From: an uncultured Holophagales bacterium
GTDB taxonomy: Bacteria; Acidobacteriota; Thermoanaerobaculia; Multivoradales; UBA5704
Direction of reading: 5' to 3'
DNA length: 64,000 nt
NCBI GenBank assembly: GCA_963741305.1
Contig: CAVUHL010000003.1
Location: forward strand, 77,993-141,992
Under the pieces are notes generated by a model. The model searched no databases. It was not told where the DNA came from and saw nothing but the letters and a program-made list of their open reading frames with translations. Positions 46,085 to 57,500 of this stretch are shown here, one piece after another. Made by a program: the position numbers and the translations under genes. Each line of letters opens with the position of its first letter. The stretch's first letter is position 1.

Positions 46085-48520
46085 TCACGGCTCGGGCGGT
46101 GACAGCGTCAGGCGGGCTTCGGGCTTCGACTTCACCGCCGTCTCTCCATAGGTCATCGGATAGTCCTCGACCGCCGCCCACTTGGGGATCTGGTCCTCGC
46201 GGTGGGGGCGGAAGAGCTGGGCGTCCTGGCCGGTGCTGTTGACCCAGGTCGACGCTTCGAGGTCGGCGAGGTCGACGATCATTCGCTGCGCGGATCCGAA
46301 GTTCACGGCGAACGGCTTGGTCACGTCGGCCACCGCGGCGTTGACTGTGAAAGCGGTGCCCGGGGCCGGGTAGGTACGGCTGTTGAACAGGCGCTCCAAA
46401 GGCGCGATGCCGCTCGCCCCCAGGGGTGAGTGGACGAAAGTCACCGAGTGCACCTTCCCGTAAGCCCAGCCCTCGGGGTCGTCACCATGATGCTCGGCGA
46501 GCCAGGCCACGGCCTGGGTGAGGCTGCGGCGGATGATGTCGTCGCGGCGCTCCACGGCGGGGGTCCGCCGGTCGTCGAAGAGCTTGTCGTCCGGCTGCGC
46601 CAGGAGTCCCGCGATCGACGGTACCTGGCTCATGCCCACGATGCGGTACTCCTTGAGCACGTCCGCGCCCAGCTCGTCGCCGAGGACCTCGCCGAGGAGC
46701 TGCCAGTACCAGGCCTCGTAGACCGAGGCGCCGACCGAGTCCGACCCGTAGCGGAGGTCCCAGTTGCGGACATGTTCGAGCGCCGCGCGCTCGCGGTCGC
46801 CGGCCGGCGGCACGGCGAGGAGAGCAGGGCGTATGGCCTTGGCGGGCAGCCCGAGGGTCTCCGCCTGGATATTGCGCAGGCCTTCCAGGGTGAAGCTTTT
46901 CCCGGCCGTGAGCAGCTCGGTGAGCCGCTCGGCGCGGTAGGGGTCGGCCATGTCATAGGCCAGGAAGTGCGGGTAGTCGTCCGCCGTCACCTTGTTGTTG
47001 GCGGTGACGATGAAGCCCGACGGCGGATCGAGCAGGCTCGGCATCTCGGCGTAGGGGATGAAGCCCTGCCACTCGGAGCGGCCATCCCAGCCCGGGACCG
47101 GCACCAGCCCCTGATGGCCGGCGGCGCGCATGGGGATGCGGCCGGTCGACTGGTAGCCGATGTGGCCGTCGACGTCGGCGTAGACGAAGTTGACGGAGGG
47201 GGCTTCCCAGTCCGCCAGCGCCCGGTGGAAGGACGGCCAGTCCTGCGCCAGGTTGAGCGCCACCAGGGAGTCGATCAGCCGGCCGCCGGCGAGGGCCGGC
47301 CAGCGCAGCGCCATCGGCGGGCTCCCCTTGAGCTCGGCGAGGGCGTCGTTGACGATCGGGCCGTGGTGGGTCTCCCTCACCTCCAGCACGAAAGGCGAGC
47401 CTCCCTTCACCGCGATTTCTTCGCGGCGGATCGAGAGGTCGCGCCAGCCGTCCTGGAAGCGGTACCGCCGCGGGTTCTTCGGGTTGTCGAGCTTCTCGAC
47501 GTAGAGGTCCTGCACGTCGGCGCACATGTTGGTGATGCCCCAGGCGATCCGCTGGTTGTGGCCGATGACGAGGAGCGGCATGCCGGGAAAGGAGAAGCCG
47601 ACTGCGTCGTAGCCGCCGCCGTGGAGGCCGACCTGATACCAGATCGAGGGCATCTGGAGGCCCAGGTGGGTGTCGTTGGCGAGCAGGGGCCGGCCGCTCG
47701 CCGTGCGGCTCCCGGCGACCACCCAGCCGTTGCTCCCCCAGGCCTGCGTCCCCACGCCGGAGATCGGGCCGAAGGCGGGGAGGGACGCCGCAATCGCGGA
47801 CCGAGCCTGGCGAGGCAGGGGCAGGAAGTCGGCGAAGGCCTGGACACCCGCGGGGACAATCACCGGCGCGCTCGCCGGATAGGGGGACATCAACCGCCGT
47901 GCGGCTGGCTCGCCGACCTTGGCGATCAGATGGGCGCGCACGATCTCGAAGCTGTGGTTGAGGCTCAGGTTGAGCGCCATCAGCTTGCCCCAGGCAAGCG
48001 AATCGATGGGCGTCCAGGTACGCGGCTCGACTCCGAGGATCGTGAGCTCGACCGGCAGCCGGCCGCGGTGGGACGAGACGTAGGCGTTCACCCCGTCGGC
48101 ATAGGCGGTGAGCAGGGCTCGGGTCGGAAGAGAGAGCGCCTGCCAGTCCCGCTCGGCGGCCTCGACGATGCCGAAGATGCGCATGATCTTGTCGAGCTCG
48201 AGGGCGCCTTCACCGAAGAGCGCGGAGAGCTCGCCCCGGCCGACGTAGACGTTGAGCTGCATCTGCCAGAGCCGGTCCTGGGCGTGTACATACCCTTGTG
48301 CGAAGAAGAGATCGTGGGCATTCTGCGCGTAGATGTGGGGGACGCCGGGTTCGACCCGTACGATTTCGACCGGGGCTTGGAGGCCTGGAACGGTGAGGTT
48401 GCCTTCGACCTCCGGGTAGGCACGGCGCACGAGCCAGTAGAAGACCAGGCCGAGGATCACGACCAACCCCACCAGGACGACGGCGGTCCAGCGCAGAACC
48501 TTCCACAGGCGGGATTTCAT
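46085..48520 (-). CDS. Penicillin-acylase-family Ntn hydrolase (PvdQ/AHL-acylase-like)
   Basis: N-terminal TM/signal; nucleophile context GSNGWVVAGSRTASGRPLLANDTHL. ATGA overlap with the NRPS stop. Confidence 0.8.
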   Translation of the reverse strand: MKSRLWKVLRWTAVVLVGLVVILGLVFYWLVRRAYPEVEGNLTVPGLQAPVEIVRVEPGVPHIYAQNAHDLFFAQGYVHAQDRLWQMQLNVYVGRGELSALFGEGALELDKIMRIFGIVEAAERDWQALSLPTRALLTAYADGVNAYVSSHRGRLPVELTILGVEPRTWTPIDSLAWGKLMALNLSLNHSFEIVRAHLIAKVGEPAARRLMSPYPASAPVIVPAGVQAFADFLPLPRQARSAIAASLPAFGPISGVGTQAWGSNGWVVAGSRTASGRPLLANDTHLGLQMPSIWYQVGLHGGGYDAVGFSFPGMPLLVIGHNQRIAWGITNMCADVQDLYVEKLDNPKNPRRYRFQDGWRDLSIRREEIAVKGGSPFVLEVRETHHGPIVNDALAELKGSPPMALRWPALAGGRLIDSLVALNLAQDWPSFHRALADWEAPSVNFVYADVDGHIGYQSTGRIPMRAAGHQGLVPVPGWDGRSEWQGFIPYAEMPSLLDPPSGFIVTANNKVTADDYPHFLAYDMADPYRAERLTELLTAGKSFTLEGLRNIQAETLGLPAKAIRPALLAVPPAGDRERAALEHVRNWDLRYGSDSVGASVYEAWYWQLLGEVLGDELGADVLKEYRIVGMSQVPSIAGLLAQPDDKLFDDRRTPAVERRDDIIRRSLTQAVAWLAEHHGDDPEGWAYGKVHSVTFVHSPLGASGIAPLERLFNSRTYPAPGTAFTVNAAVADVTKPFAVNFGSAQRMIVDLADLEASTWVNSTGQDAQLFRPHREDQIPKWAAVEDYPMTYGETAVKSKPEARLTLSPPEP

Positions 48521-51500
48521 TTCGGGCTGGTCTCCAGGGTCGAGGAACGGTCCCAAGACAGGTCAATACTGAGGCGCAGCCGTTCGGCCAGAGTCCCCAC
48601 GTGCGGCTCGGCGAGGGCGCTGACATGGTTGCCCGGAACGATCTCGATGTCGACGGGCAGGGGCGAGAGCGCTCCCCAGCCATGCGTGGGGTCGTCAGCG
48701 AAGTCGCCTTCGGCAGGCAGGAAGAGGGTGATCTTTCCCGGGTAGGGACCGGGCCGGTAGCGCCGGAAGGCGCGCACGTTGGTCTTGAACACGGCGAGCA
48801 ACCGCCGGAGCGACTCGGGGCCGGCCTTCGCGCCGAACGGGGTGTCCTTCAGTCCGGAGAGCAGGCGGAGCGCCTGGTCCTCGGACGAGAGCCCGCGGAG
48901 GTTCTCGGCGGTGAGGCCGAGATCGAGGCCCCAGAGACTCTCCAGGTAGTGGGCGATCTCCAACAGCCAGGGAGTGTCGTCGCTGTCGTCCTCGGTCTCG
49001 TGTCCCTCCGCCGGCCGGGGCCATGGCCCGGGGGTGGAGTCGACGATCGCCAGGAGCGCCACCTCCCGGCCCTCGGCGGCGAGCTGCCGCGCCAGCTCGA
49101 AGGCCACGGCTCCGCCCAGTGACCAGCCGCCGATGTGGTAGGGGCCGGAAGTGACCGCGGTGATCTCGGTGCGGTAGCGCGCTGCCATCTCCTCGATGCT
49201 GTTGAATGGCATCTCTCCGGGTCCTAGCCCACGCGACTGGAGGCCATGGAAAGGCTGGTCCAGCCCCAGGTGACGGGAGAGGGCCTGAAAGGCGAGGACG
49301 TCGCCGCCGGCCGGGTGGACGCAGAAGAACGGGGGACGGGAGCCGGCCGGCTGGAGAGAAACCAGCGAAGCCGCGGCCGGCGGAGGTGCATCCGTCTTCG
49401 GGCCGCTCCTTGCCCGCAGGCGCTGCTCCAGCAGCGCCCGTTCCTCGGCCGAAAGCCCGGCGCGGCGCGCGGCGAGCCGAGCCCCACGGTCATCAGCAGG
49501 CGGCTTGTTCGATGATTCCACGGGACGGGCCTCCACGAGCTTCGGCGGTCCTATCTCGGCGGGCAGCGCGGAGAGCCGGACATCCGGATCCGCCGCCACC
49601 GCTTCGAGCAGCCGCGAGAGGTGCGCGAGCATCCGCTCGACGGTTGTGCCGGTGAACAGGTCGGTGTTGTATTCGGCTTCGAGGCTGAGGCCTTGCGGCA
49701 GGTCGACGACCCCCAGGGTGAAGTCGAACTGCGAGGTGGCGGAGTGCACCTCGACCGGCTCGGCGGTGAGCCCTCCGATGCGGAGCGGCTCGCCGGAGCC
49801 GTTCCGCACCGAGAGCATCACCTGGACGAGCGGAGTGCGGCTCTTGTCCCGCGCCAGGTCGAGGTCCTCTACCAAACGTTCGAAGGGGACGTCCGGGTGG
49901 GCATAGGCGCCGAGGGCAGCCTCCCTCGACCGCCGCAGCAGCTCGCGGAAGGTAGGATCGCCCGAGAGGTCGAGACGGAAGGGGAGGACGCCGACGAAGA
50001 AGCCGAAGATACCCTCGGTCCCCGGCGTGTGGCGGTTGGCGACCGGCGAGCCAAGGACCATGTCCGTCCGGCCCGTGTAGCGGCCGGCGAGGGCGGCGAA
50101 GGCGGCGAGGCCGGTCATGAAGAGCGTGCTCCCCTCGCGCCGTCCCAGCTCCTTGGTCTGCGCGGCGACCTCCTGCGGAAGCGGCAGGTAGCGGGCCGCT
50201 CCCCGGAAGGCCGGCCGCGGAGGGCGCGGCCGGTCGGCGGGGAGGTCGAGCACCGGCGGTGCTCCAGCGAGCTGGCGTCGCCAGTAGTCGAGCTGAGGTG
50301 CGAGCCGCTCGTCGGTGAGCTCGCGGCGCTGCCAGACGGTGAAGTCAGCGTACTGGAGAGCCGGCTCGCCCGGCTCGGGGACGCCCAGCTCGCGCTCCAG
50401 GATGTCGATCGACCAGCCGTCGACGATGATGTGGTGGAAGGTCAGGAGCAGCCGGTGCTCCTCCTTCTCCAGGCGGATCAGGCGGGCGCGCCAGAGCGGC
50501 CCCATGGCGAGATCGAAAGGCTCTCGTGCCTCCGCCTCCGTCAGCCGCCGGGCCTCCTCCTCGCGGGGGCCGGCCGGCAGGGCGGTCAGGTCGGCCAGCG
50601 GAAGTGAGACATCCGCGGGGGACGCGATCCGCTGCCGCAGCCCCTCAGGGCCGTTGAAGAACGTGGTCCGCAGAGCATCGTGCCGGCGCGCTATCCCGGA
50701 GAGCGATCGGGCAAACTCGGCCGGCTGCAACGGGCCGCTCAGCCGGAGGGGGTTGGGGACGTTGAGGACCGATCCGCTGCGGTCGAGCTGGTGGAAGTAC
50801 CAGAGCCGCTCCTGGGCGGCAGCGGCCGGGGCTTCGGATCCTGTCCCAGCCGGTGTGATCGGGGGGAGCGGCGGGGCTCCCTGAGCCCGCAGGCTGCGCT
50901 CGATCTCCGCCGCCAGGGCCGCGGCGGTCGGGTTGGCAAAGATCGCGCGCAGCGGAAGATCGACTCCGGTCACGGCCCGCAGGCGGGCCAGAACGCGGAT
51001 AGCGAGCAGTGAATAGCCCCCAAGGGCGAAGAAGTGGTCGTGAAGGCCGATCGTGCTGCGGCCCAGGGCCTCGGCCCACAGCCCGGCTACCAGCTCTTCG
51101 AGGGGGGAGCGCGGCGGCCCCCCAGGTGCCTGGGAGGAGTCGGAGGAGCCATCTTCCGGTTCGCCGAGGAGCCGGGGTAGCCTGACCTGTTCCTCGCCGC
51201 GCTTCAGGTGCTCGATCCCGGAGAGCAGGCCGATCTGCGGCAGGGGGACTTCCGGGTGGGCGGCCAGCAAGCCGAGCAGGCGGGTGAAGTCATCGGCCCA
51301 GCGCTCTACCGTGGAGCGGTCGAACAGGTCGGTCCGGAACTCGAAATCGGCGACCAGCGTGTCTCCCCGGAGATCGAGCCCGAGCGTCAGGTCGAACTTG
51401 GACGTATGGTTCTCGACCGTCAGGGGAACGAGCGGCACCCCCGGTGCCAGCTCGCGGGCCGTCTCTTCCACGCCGAGGACGAAGGAGACCTGGAAGAGCG

Positions 51501-54500
51501 GGCTGCGGGCCAGGCTGCGCTCCGGCTGCAGCTCTTCGACCAAGCGCTCAAATGGCACGTCCTGGTGCGCGTAGGCGGCGAGCGCAGTTTCCCGGACGCG
51601 CGCGATCAGGGCACCGAAGGACGGGGCGCCGTCGAGGTCGACGCGCAGGACCAGGGTGTTGACGAAGAAGCCGATGAGCCCTTCGGTCTCGGCGCGTCCG
51701 CGGCCGGCGATCGGCGAGCCGAGCAGGATGTCGGTCTCGCCTGTGTAACGCTCCAGCAGAGCCGCGAACCCCGAGAGCAGGACCATGAACAGCGTCGCCC
51801 CCTGCCGGCGGGAGAGGGCGCGGACCTCGGCCGTCAAACCCGGGGGCAGCGACGTCAGGAAATGGGCGCCGCGCGAGGTCGCGACCGGTGGGCGTGGGCG
51901 GTCGGCCGGCAGATCGAGGACCGCGGGAGCGCCGGCGAGCTGCCGGCGCCAGTACGCGAGCTGCCCGGCCAGGACGGGACCGTCGAGCCAGCGCCGCTGC
52001 CAGTCGGCAAACTCGGCATACTGGATCACCGGCTCAGGCAGAGGCGATGGCCGGCCAGCCACGTAGGCCTGGTAGAGGGCGGACAGCTCGCCAAGGAGGA
52101 GGTTGATCGACCAGCCGTCCCCGGCGACGTGATGCACCGTCATCAGTAGGTGGTGTTCCTCGGCGCCGAGGGTCAGCAGCCGGGCGCGGAAGAGCGGACC
52201 GGAGGCGAGGTCGAACGGGCTCGCGGCGTCCTCGTCGGCGAGCCTGCCGGCCTCCGCCTCGCCGGCTTGTGAAGGGAGGGCGGAGAGGTCGATCCGGGGA
52301 AGGGAGAAGCCGCCCGGCGGTGCGACGTTCAAGCGCGGCTCGCCGGTCTCCTCATCCACCGCGAAGGTGGTGCGCAAGACTTCGTGCCGGTGCTCCACTT
52401 CGCGCAGAACGCGCTCCAGGCAAGCCGGAGCGACGGGGCCAAGGATCTGGTGGGGGAACGGCAGGTTGTACACCGGCGAGCCGGGTTCGAGGCGATCGAG
52501 GAGCCAGAGCCGCTGCTGGGCAAAGGAGAGGGGGAGGTTCTCCCGATCCGCAGCGGGCTCGATCGGAGCCGGTGGAAGGGCCGCCGCGAGCCGGTTCCCC
52601 AGGGCCGAGATGGCCGCCGCCAGAGCCGAGACGGTCGGGGCGGCGAAGAGCGTGCGCAGAGGCACCTCGATGCCGAGCGCCGCCCGCAGCCGGGAAGCCA
52701 CCCGGGTGGCGAGGAGGGAGTGCCCGCCCAGCTCGAAGAAGTTGTCCTGGGGGCTGGGCAGCTCGTCACGCCCCAGCACCTCGGCCCAGATGCCGGAGAG
52801 CAGCTCTACGAGGGGCGCGGCGGGGCCGAGAGGAGCGGGGAGCGCTGCCGGTCCGCTCTCGGGGGCCGGCAGCGCTTTCCGGTCGATCTTCCCGTTGGGC
52901 GTCAGCGGCATCGCGTCGAGCAGGGTGAAGGAGGACGGCACCATGAACTCGGCGAGCCGGACGCGCAGGTGCTCAGCCAGCTCGCCGGACGTGGGGGCCG
53001 GCTGGCCGGCAGGAACGACGTAGGCTGCGAGGAAGCGGTCGCCGCCCGGCTCGCCGCGAGCCACCACCACCGCCTCGTGCACTTGCGGATGCGTCTCCAG
53101 GGCCGTTTCGATCTCCCCCAGCTCGATCCGGAAACCGCGCACTTTCACCTGATTGTCGAGCCGGCCCATGTATTCGATCCGGCCGTCGGGGAGAAAGCGT
53201 CCGAGGTCGCCGGTGCGATACAGGCGCGCACCATGCTCCAGGGGGGCCGGCACGAAGCGCTCGGCCGTCAGCTCGGGCCGGCCGAGATAACCCCGCGCCA
53301 GGCCGGCGCCGCCCAGGTAGATCTCCCCCGGCACCCCGACAGGTACCAGCTCCAGGTGCCGGTCGAGGAGGCGAGCCCAGGTACCGGCGATCGGCCGCCC
53401 GATCGTCGGCTCTCGCCGGCTCCCCCGCTCCACGGTTTCGAAGGTCGAGTAGGTCGTGTCCTCCGAGGGGCCGTAGAGGTTCCGCACCCGTTCGACGCCG
53501 ATCGAGTAGAGGGCTTGGGCGAGGGAACCCTTGAGCGGCTCGCCCGCCAGGTTGACCGTCCGTACCCTCTCTGGGAGCGCCCGCACCAGCTCCAGAAGGG
53601 CGGAGACCGCCGAGGGCACGGAGTTGACCATGATGACCTCACCGGCTGCGGGCAGCTCCGGCAGCTCCAGGACGTTGTTGGCGAGGACCACCTGGCCGCC
53701 GCGGGCCAGAGGCACGAACAGCTCGAAGACCGAGAGGTCGAAGGAGATCGAGGTCGAGGCCAGGCCTGACGACAGCTCCTCGGGGGTGAACACCCCGTGC
53801 GCCCAATGGATGAAGGCCACGGCGCTGCGGTGCTCGATCGCCACGGCCTTGGGGCGGCCAGTCGAGCCCGAGGTGTAGATCAGGTAGGCGAGGTTGCCGG
53901 GGAGGGCCCGGATGGGCTCGGCTTCCTTCTCCTCTTCCTGCTTGCCGTCGAGCAGCAGCACCCGCGCCTGAGAAGTTGGCAGACGCGAAACGAGGGCCGC
54001 CTCGGTAATCAGGACGGCGGCGTCGGCGTCCTCCAGCATGAACCCCAGCCGCTCCTGCGGATAGTTGGGATCGAGCGGAACGTAGGCGCCGCCGGCTTTC
54101 AGGATGCCCAGGAGGGCGACCACCAGAGCCGGCGACCGTGACAGGCAGACTCCAACCCGAACTTCCGGCCCGACTCCGAGCGCGGCCAGCCTCCGGGCCA
54201 GCTCGCCGGCGCGGAGGTCCAGCTCCCGGTAGGTGAGCCGCTCGCGGCCGGCGACCAGGGCGGTCGCATCCGGCGTGCGCGCGGCCTGTGCAGCCACGAG
54301 GTCGTGGATGCACACCGCCGGAACAGGCGGCAGCAATTCGTGCCATTCCCCGAGGATCTGCCAGCTCTCCCCGGCCCCCAGAAGCGGCATGCGGGACACG
54401 GGCAGCTCGGTCCCTTCCGCCGCCAAGCCGGACAGAAGGGTGATGAAGGAGCGCCCGAGCCGTGCCACCGTAGGCGCGTCGAAGAGGTCGGCCGCGTACT

Positions 54501-57500
54501 CCAGGAGGGCGGCCAGGTCCCCCCCCTGCTCATTAAGGAAGAGCGTGAGGTCGAACTTGGACGTTCCGGTGTCGATCCGCAGCAGCTCACAGTCCAGGCC
54601 CGGGGCAAGCTCGCCATCCTGCAAAGGATCGAGGGCGAACATCACCTGGAAGAGCGGGCTGCGCGACTGATCGCGCGCCGGCTGCAGCTCCTCGACAAGG
54701 CGCTCGAAGGGGAGCTCCTGATGGGCGTAGGCTGCGAGCGCCGACTCGCGCACCTGGGCCGCGAGGGCGCGGAAGGGCGGATCGCCAGCCAGGTCGGAGC
54801 GCAGAGCCAGGGTGTTGACGAAGAAGCCGAGCAGGCCTTCGCTCCCCGCCTCCCTGCGGTTGGCGACCGGCGTGCCCACTACCAGGTCCGTCTGGCCGGT
54901 GAACCGGCCGAGGAGTGCGGAGAAGGCCGCCAGGGCGGTCATGAACAGGGTCGAGCCTTCGCTCCGGGCGAGCACGCGGAGCCCGTTGGCGAGCTCGGCC
55001 GGGAATGCGAGCGGAAGAATGGCGCCGCGGAAGCTCTGCACCGGCGGCCGCAGGCGGTCGGCCGGCAGCTCGAGGGCGGCGGGCGCCCCGGCCAGGCGCT
55101 GCCGCCAGTAGGAGAGCTGCGCCTCCATGAATTCTTCGGAAAGCCGGTACCGCTGCCAGACGGCAAGGTCGGCATACTGGACCACCAGCTCGGAGAGAGG
55201 CGACGGCCGCCCGGCGCGGAAGGCGCCATAGAGAGCGCCCAGCTCGCTCCGGAGGACGCCGACCGACCAGCCGTCGAAGGCGGCGTGGTGGCAGGAGAAG
55301 ACCAGCAGGTGCTCCTGCTCGCCCAGACGCAGGAGGAAGGCACGTGCCACCGGGCCGCGGACGAGGTCGAATGGGCGCCGAGCCTCCAGCGCGGTCTGCC
55401 GGTCCGCCTCGGCAGAGGCAGCTGCCGGGGGCAGGCCGGAGAGGTCGGCCTGGGGCAGCCCGGGAGCATGAAACGGCGCCACGATCTGGAGCGGATCCCC
55501 ATCCGGCCCCTCGGCAAAGGTGGTGCGCAGGACCTCATGCCTCCGGAAGACCTCGTCCAGGCTGCGCTCCAGAAGCCTTCCGTCGAGCGGTCCGGTGAGG
55601 CGGAACGCCAGGGGCAGGTTGTAGACCGCCGAGTCCGGATCCAGGCGGTGGAGGAACCAGAGCCGCTCCTGGCCGAAGGAGAGGGGCAGTGACCGGTCCC
55701 GCGGGGCAGGCGCCAGTGGAGCCGGCTCGGGGCCGTCAGCGAGCCGCTCCTCTTCGATGCGCCGCGCCAGCGCAGCCAGGGTGCGGGCCTCGAAGGCGGC
55801 CCGCACCGGGAGCTCCACCCCGAAGACGGTGCGCACCCGCGCCAGCACCTGGCCGACGAGCAGCGAGTGTCCGCCGAGATCGAAGAAATCGTCGCCGGCG
55901 CCGATCTCCGTCCTGCCGAGGATCTCCCCCCAGATCCCGCCCAGCAGCTCCTCGGCAGGAGTGCCGAGGGTAGCGCGGCCGATCGCCGGCTCCTCCGCGG
56001 CGGGCGGAGGGAGGGCGCGCCGGTCGACTTTGCCGCCCGGGGTCAGCGGCAGGGCCGGCAAAAAGGCGAAGAAGGAAGGGACCATGTGCTCGGGGAGCCG
56101 CGAGCGCAGGAAAGCGCGGAGCTCCTGGACCGAGGGTACGTCCGGTCCAGCCACGTAGGCAGCGAGCCGGAGATCCTGGGGCGCGGCTTCATAAGGCACC
56201 ACGGCGGCCTCGCGTACGCCTGGATACTCGACGATCTGCGCCTCGACCTCCCCCGGCTCGATCCGGAAGCCGCGCACCTTGACCTGCCGGTCGGCGCGGC
56301 CGAGGAATTCGAGCTGGCCGTCGGGCCGGAAGCGGGCGAGGTCCCCGGTGCGGTAGAGGCGCCCGCCGGGCTCCTCACCCATGAAATCGGGGACGAAGGC
56401 GCCGGCCGTGAGATCGGGCCTTCCGAGGTAGCCGCGGGCGAGCCCCCTGCCGCCGATGTGAAGCTCCCCGGGGACCCCCTGGGGGAGGATCTCGCCATGG
56501 GGACCGAGCACCAGGAGCCGGCTGTCGGCGACCGGCCGTCCGATCGGCGTCTGGCCGTCCTCTCCGAGCCGTGCCATGGAGACGCAGATGCTCGCCTCGG
56601 TCGGCCCGTAGGCGTTCCACAACCGGCGCTCCACAGCCCAACGGGTCACCAGGGCGGGGGGGAAGGCCTCTCCTCCCACCACCAGACCGCGCAGGCCGGA
56701 TAGCTCCCGGCTCGCTCCCTCGGGCATCGCCGCAAGTGCGCTCGGCGTGAGAAAGACGTTGGTGATTCCGCGCCGCAGCAGGGTATCGAGCAAGGCCTGT
56801 CCCGGGAGGAGATCCTCGGAGCGGGCGAAGACGAGGGTCGCGCCGCGGATCAGCGTGCTCCAGATCTCCCACACCGAGGCGTCGAAGCTTGCGGAGGCGA
56901 ACTGCAGCACGCGGCTCCCCGGTTCCACTCCCGAGCGCTCGGCGAGAGCATCGACCGCCCAGAGGAATCCGCGGTGCTGGATGAGCACTCCCTTGGGGCG
57001 GCCGGTCGAGCCCGAGGTGTAGATGATGTAGGCGAGGTCCTCGGGATCTACCTCCTCCAGAGGCACGGGCGCCGTGCCCTCCGTTTCGAGCGGCACGAGC
57101 TCGGCCTCTCCGGTTGGCAGGGTGGCGGCGAGAGCGCTCCGCGCGAGGAGAACGGGAACGCGGGAGTCCTCCAGGGTGCTGGCGAGACGCTCGGCGGGAT
57201 GGGTCGGGTCGAGCGGCAGGAAGGCTCCTCCGGCCATGAGCACGGCGAGCATGCCCACCACGGTCTCCGGCGAGCGCTCGGCGTAGACGCCGACCCGCAC
57301 GTCGAGCCCCACGCCGCGGGATCGCAGACGGCCGGCGAGCCGCCGCGCCCGATCCACCAACTCGGGATAGGTCAGCTCCTGCGTTCCGAAATCGACCGCA
57401 ATGGCCTCGGGCGTCGCGGCCGCCCAAGCCGCGATGCGCGCCGGCACCGAGCCCTCCCAGACCGGCGGGGCGGGGGAGCGGCTCCATTCGACGAGGAGCG

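Noticed and set aside
46430-48745. 771-aa plus-strand ORF antisense to the penicillin-acylase gene, and numerous 100-460-aa ORFs antisense or out of frame within the NRPS genes (e.g. 52384-53769, 54304-55692, 58234-59376, 60477-61601)
   Set aside because: High-GC coding DNA keeps all frames open. These translations are Arg/Gly/Pro-rich without motifs, whereas the sense frames contain complete NRPS/acylase signatures.
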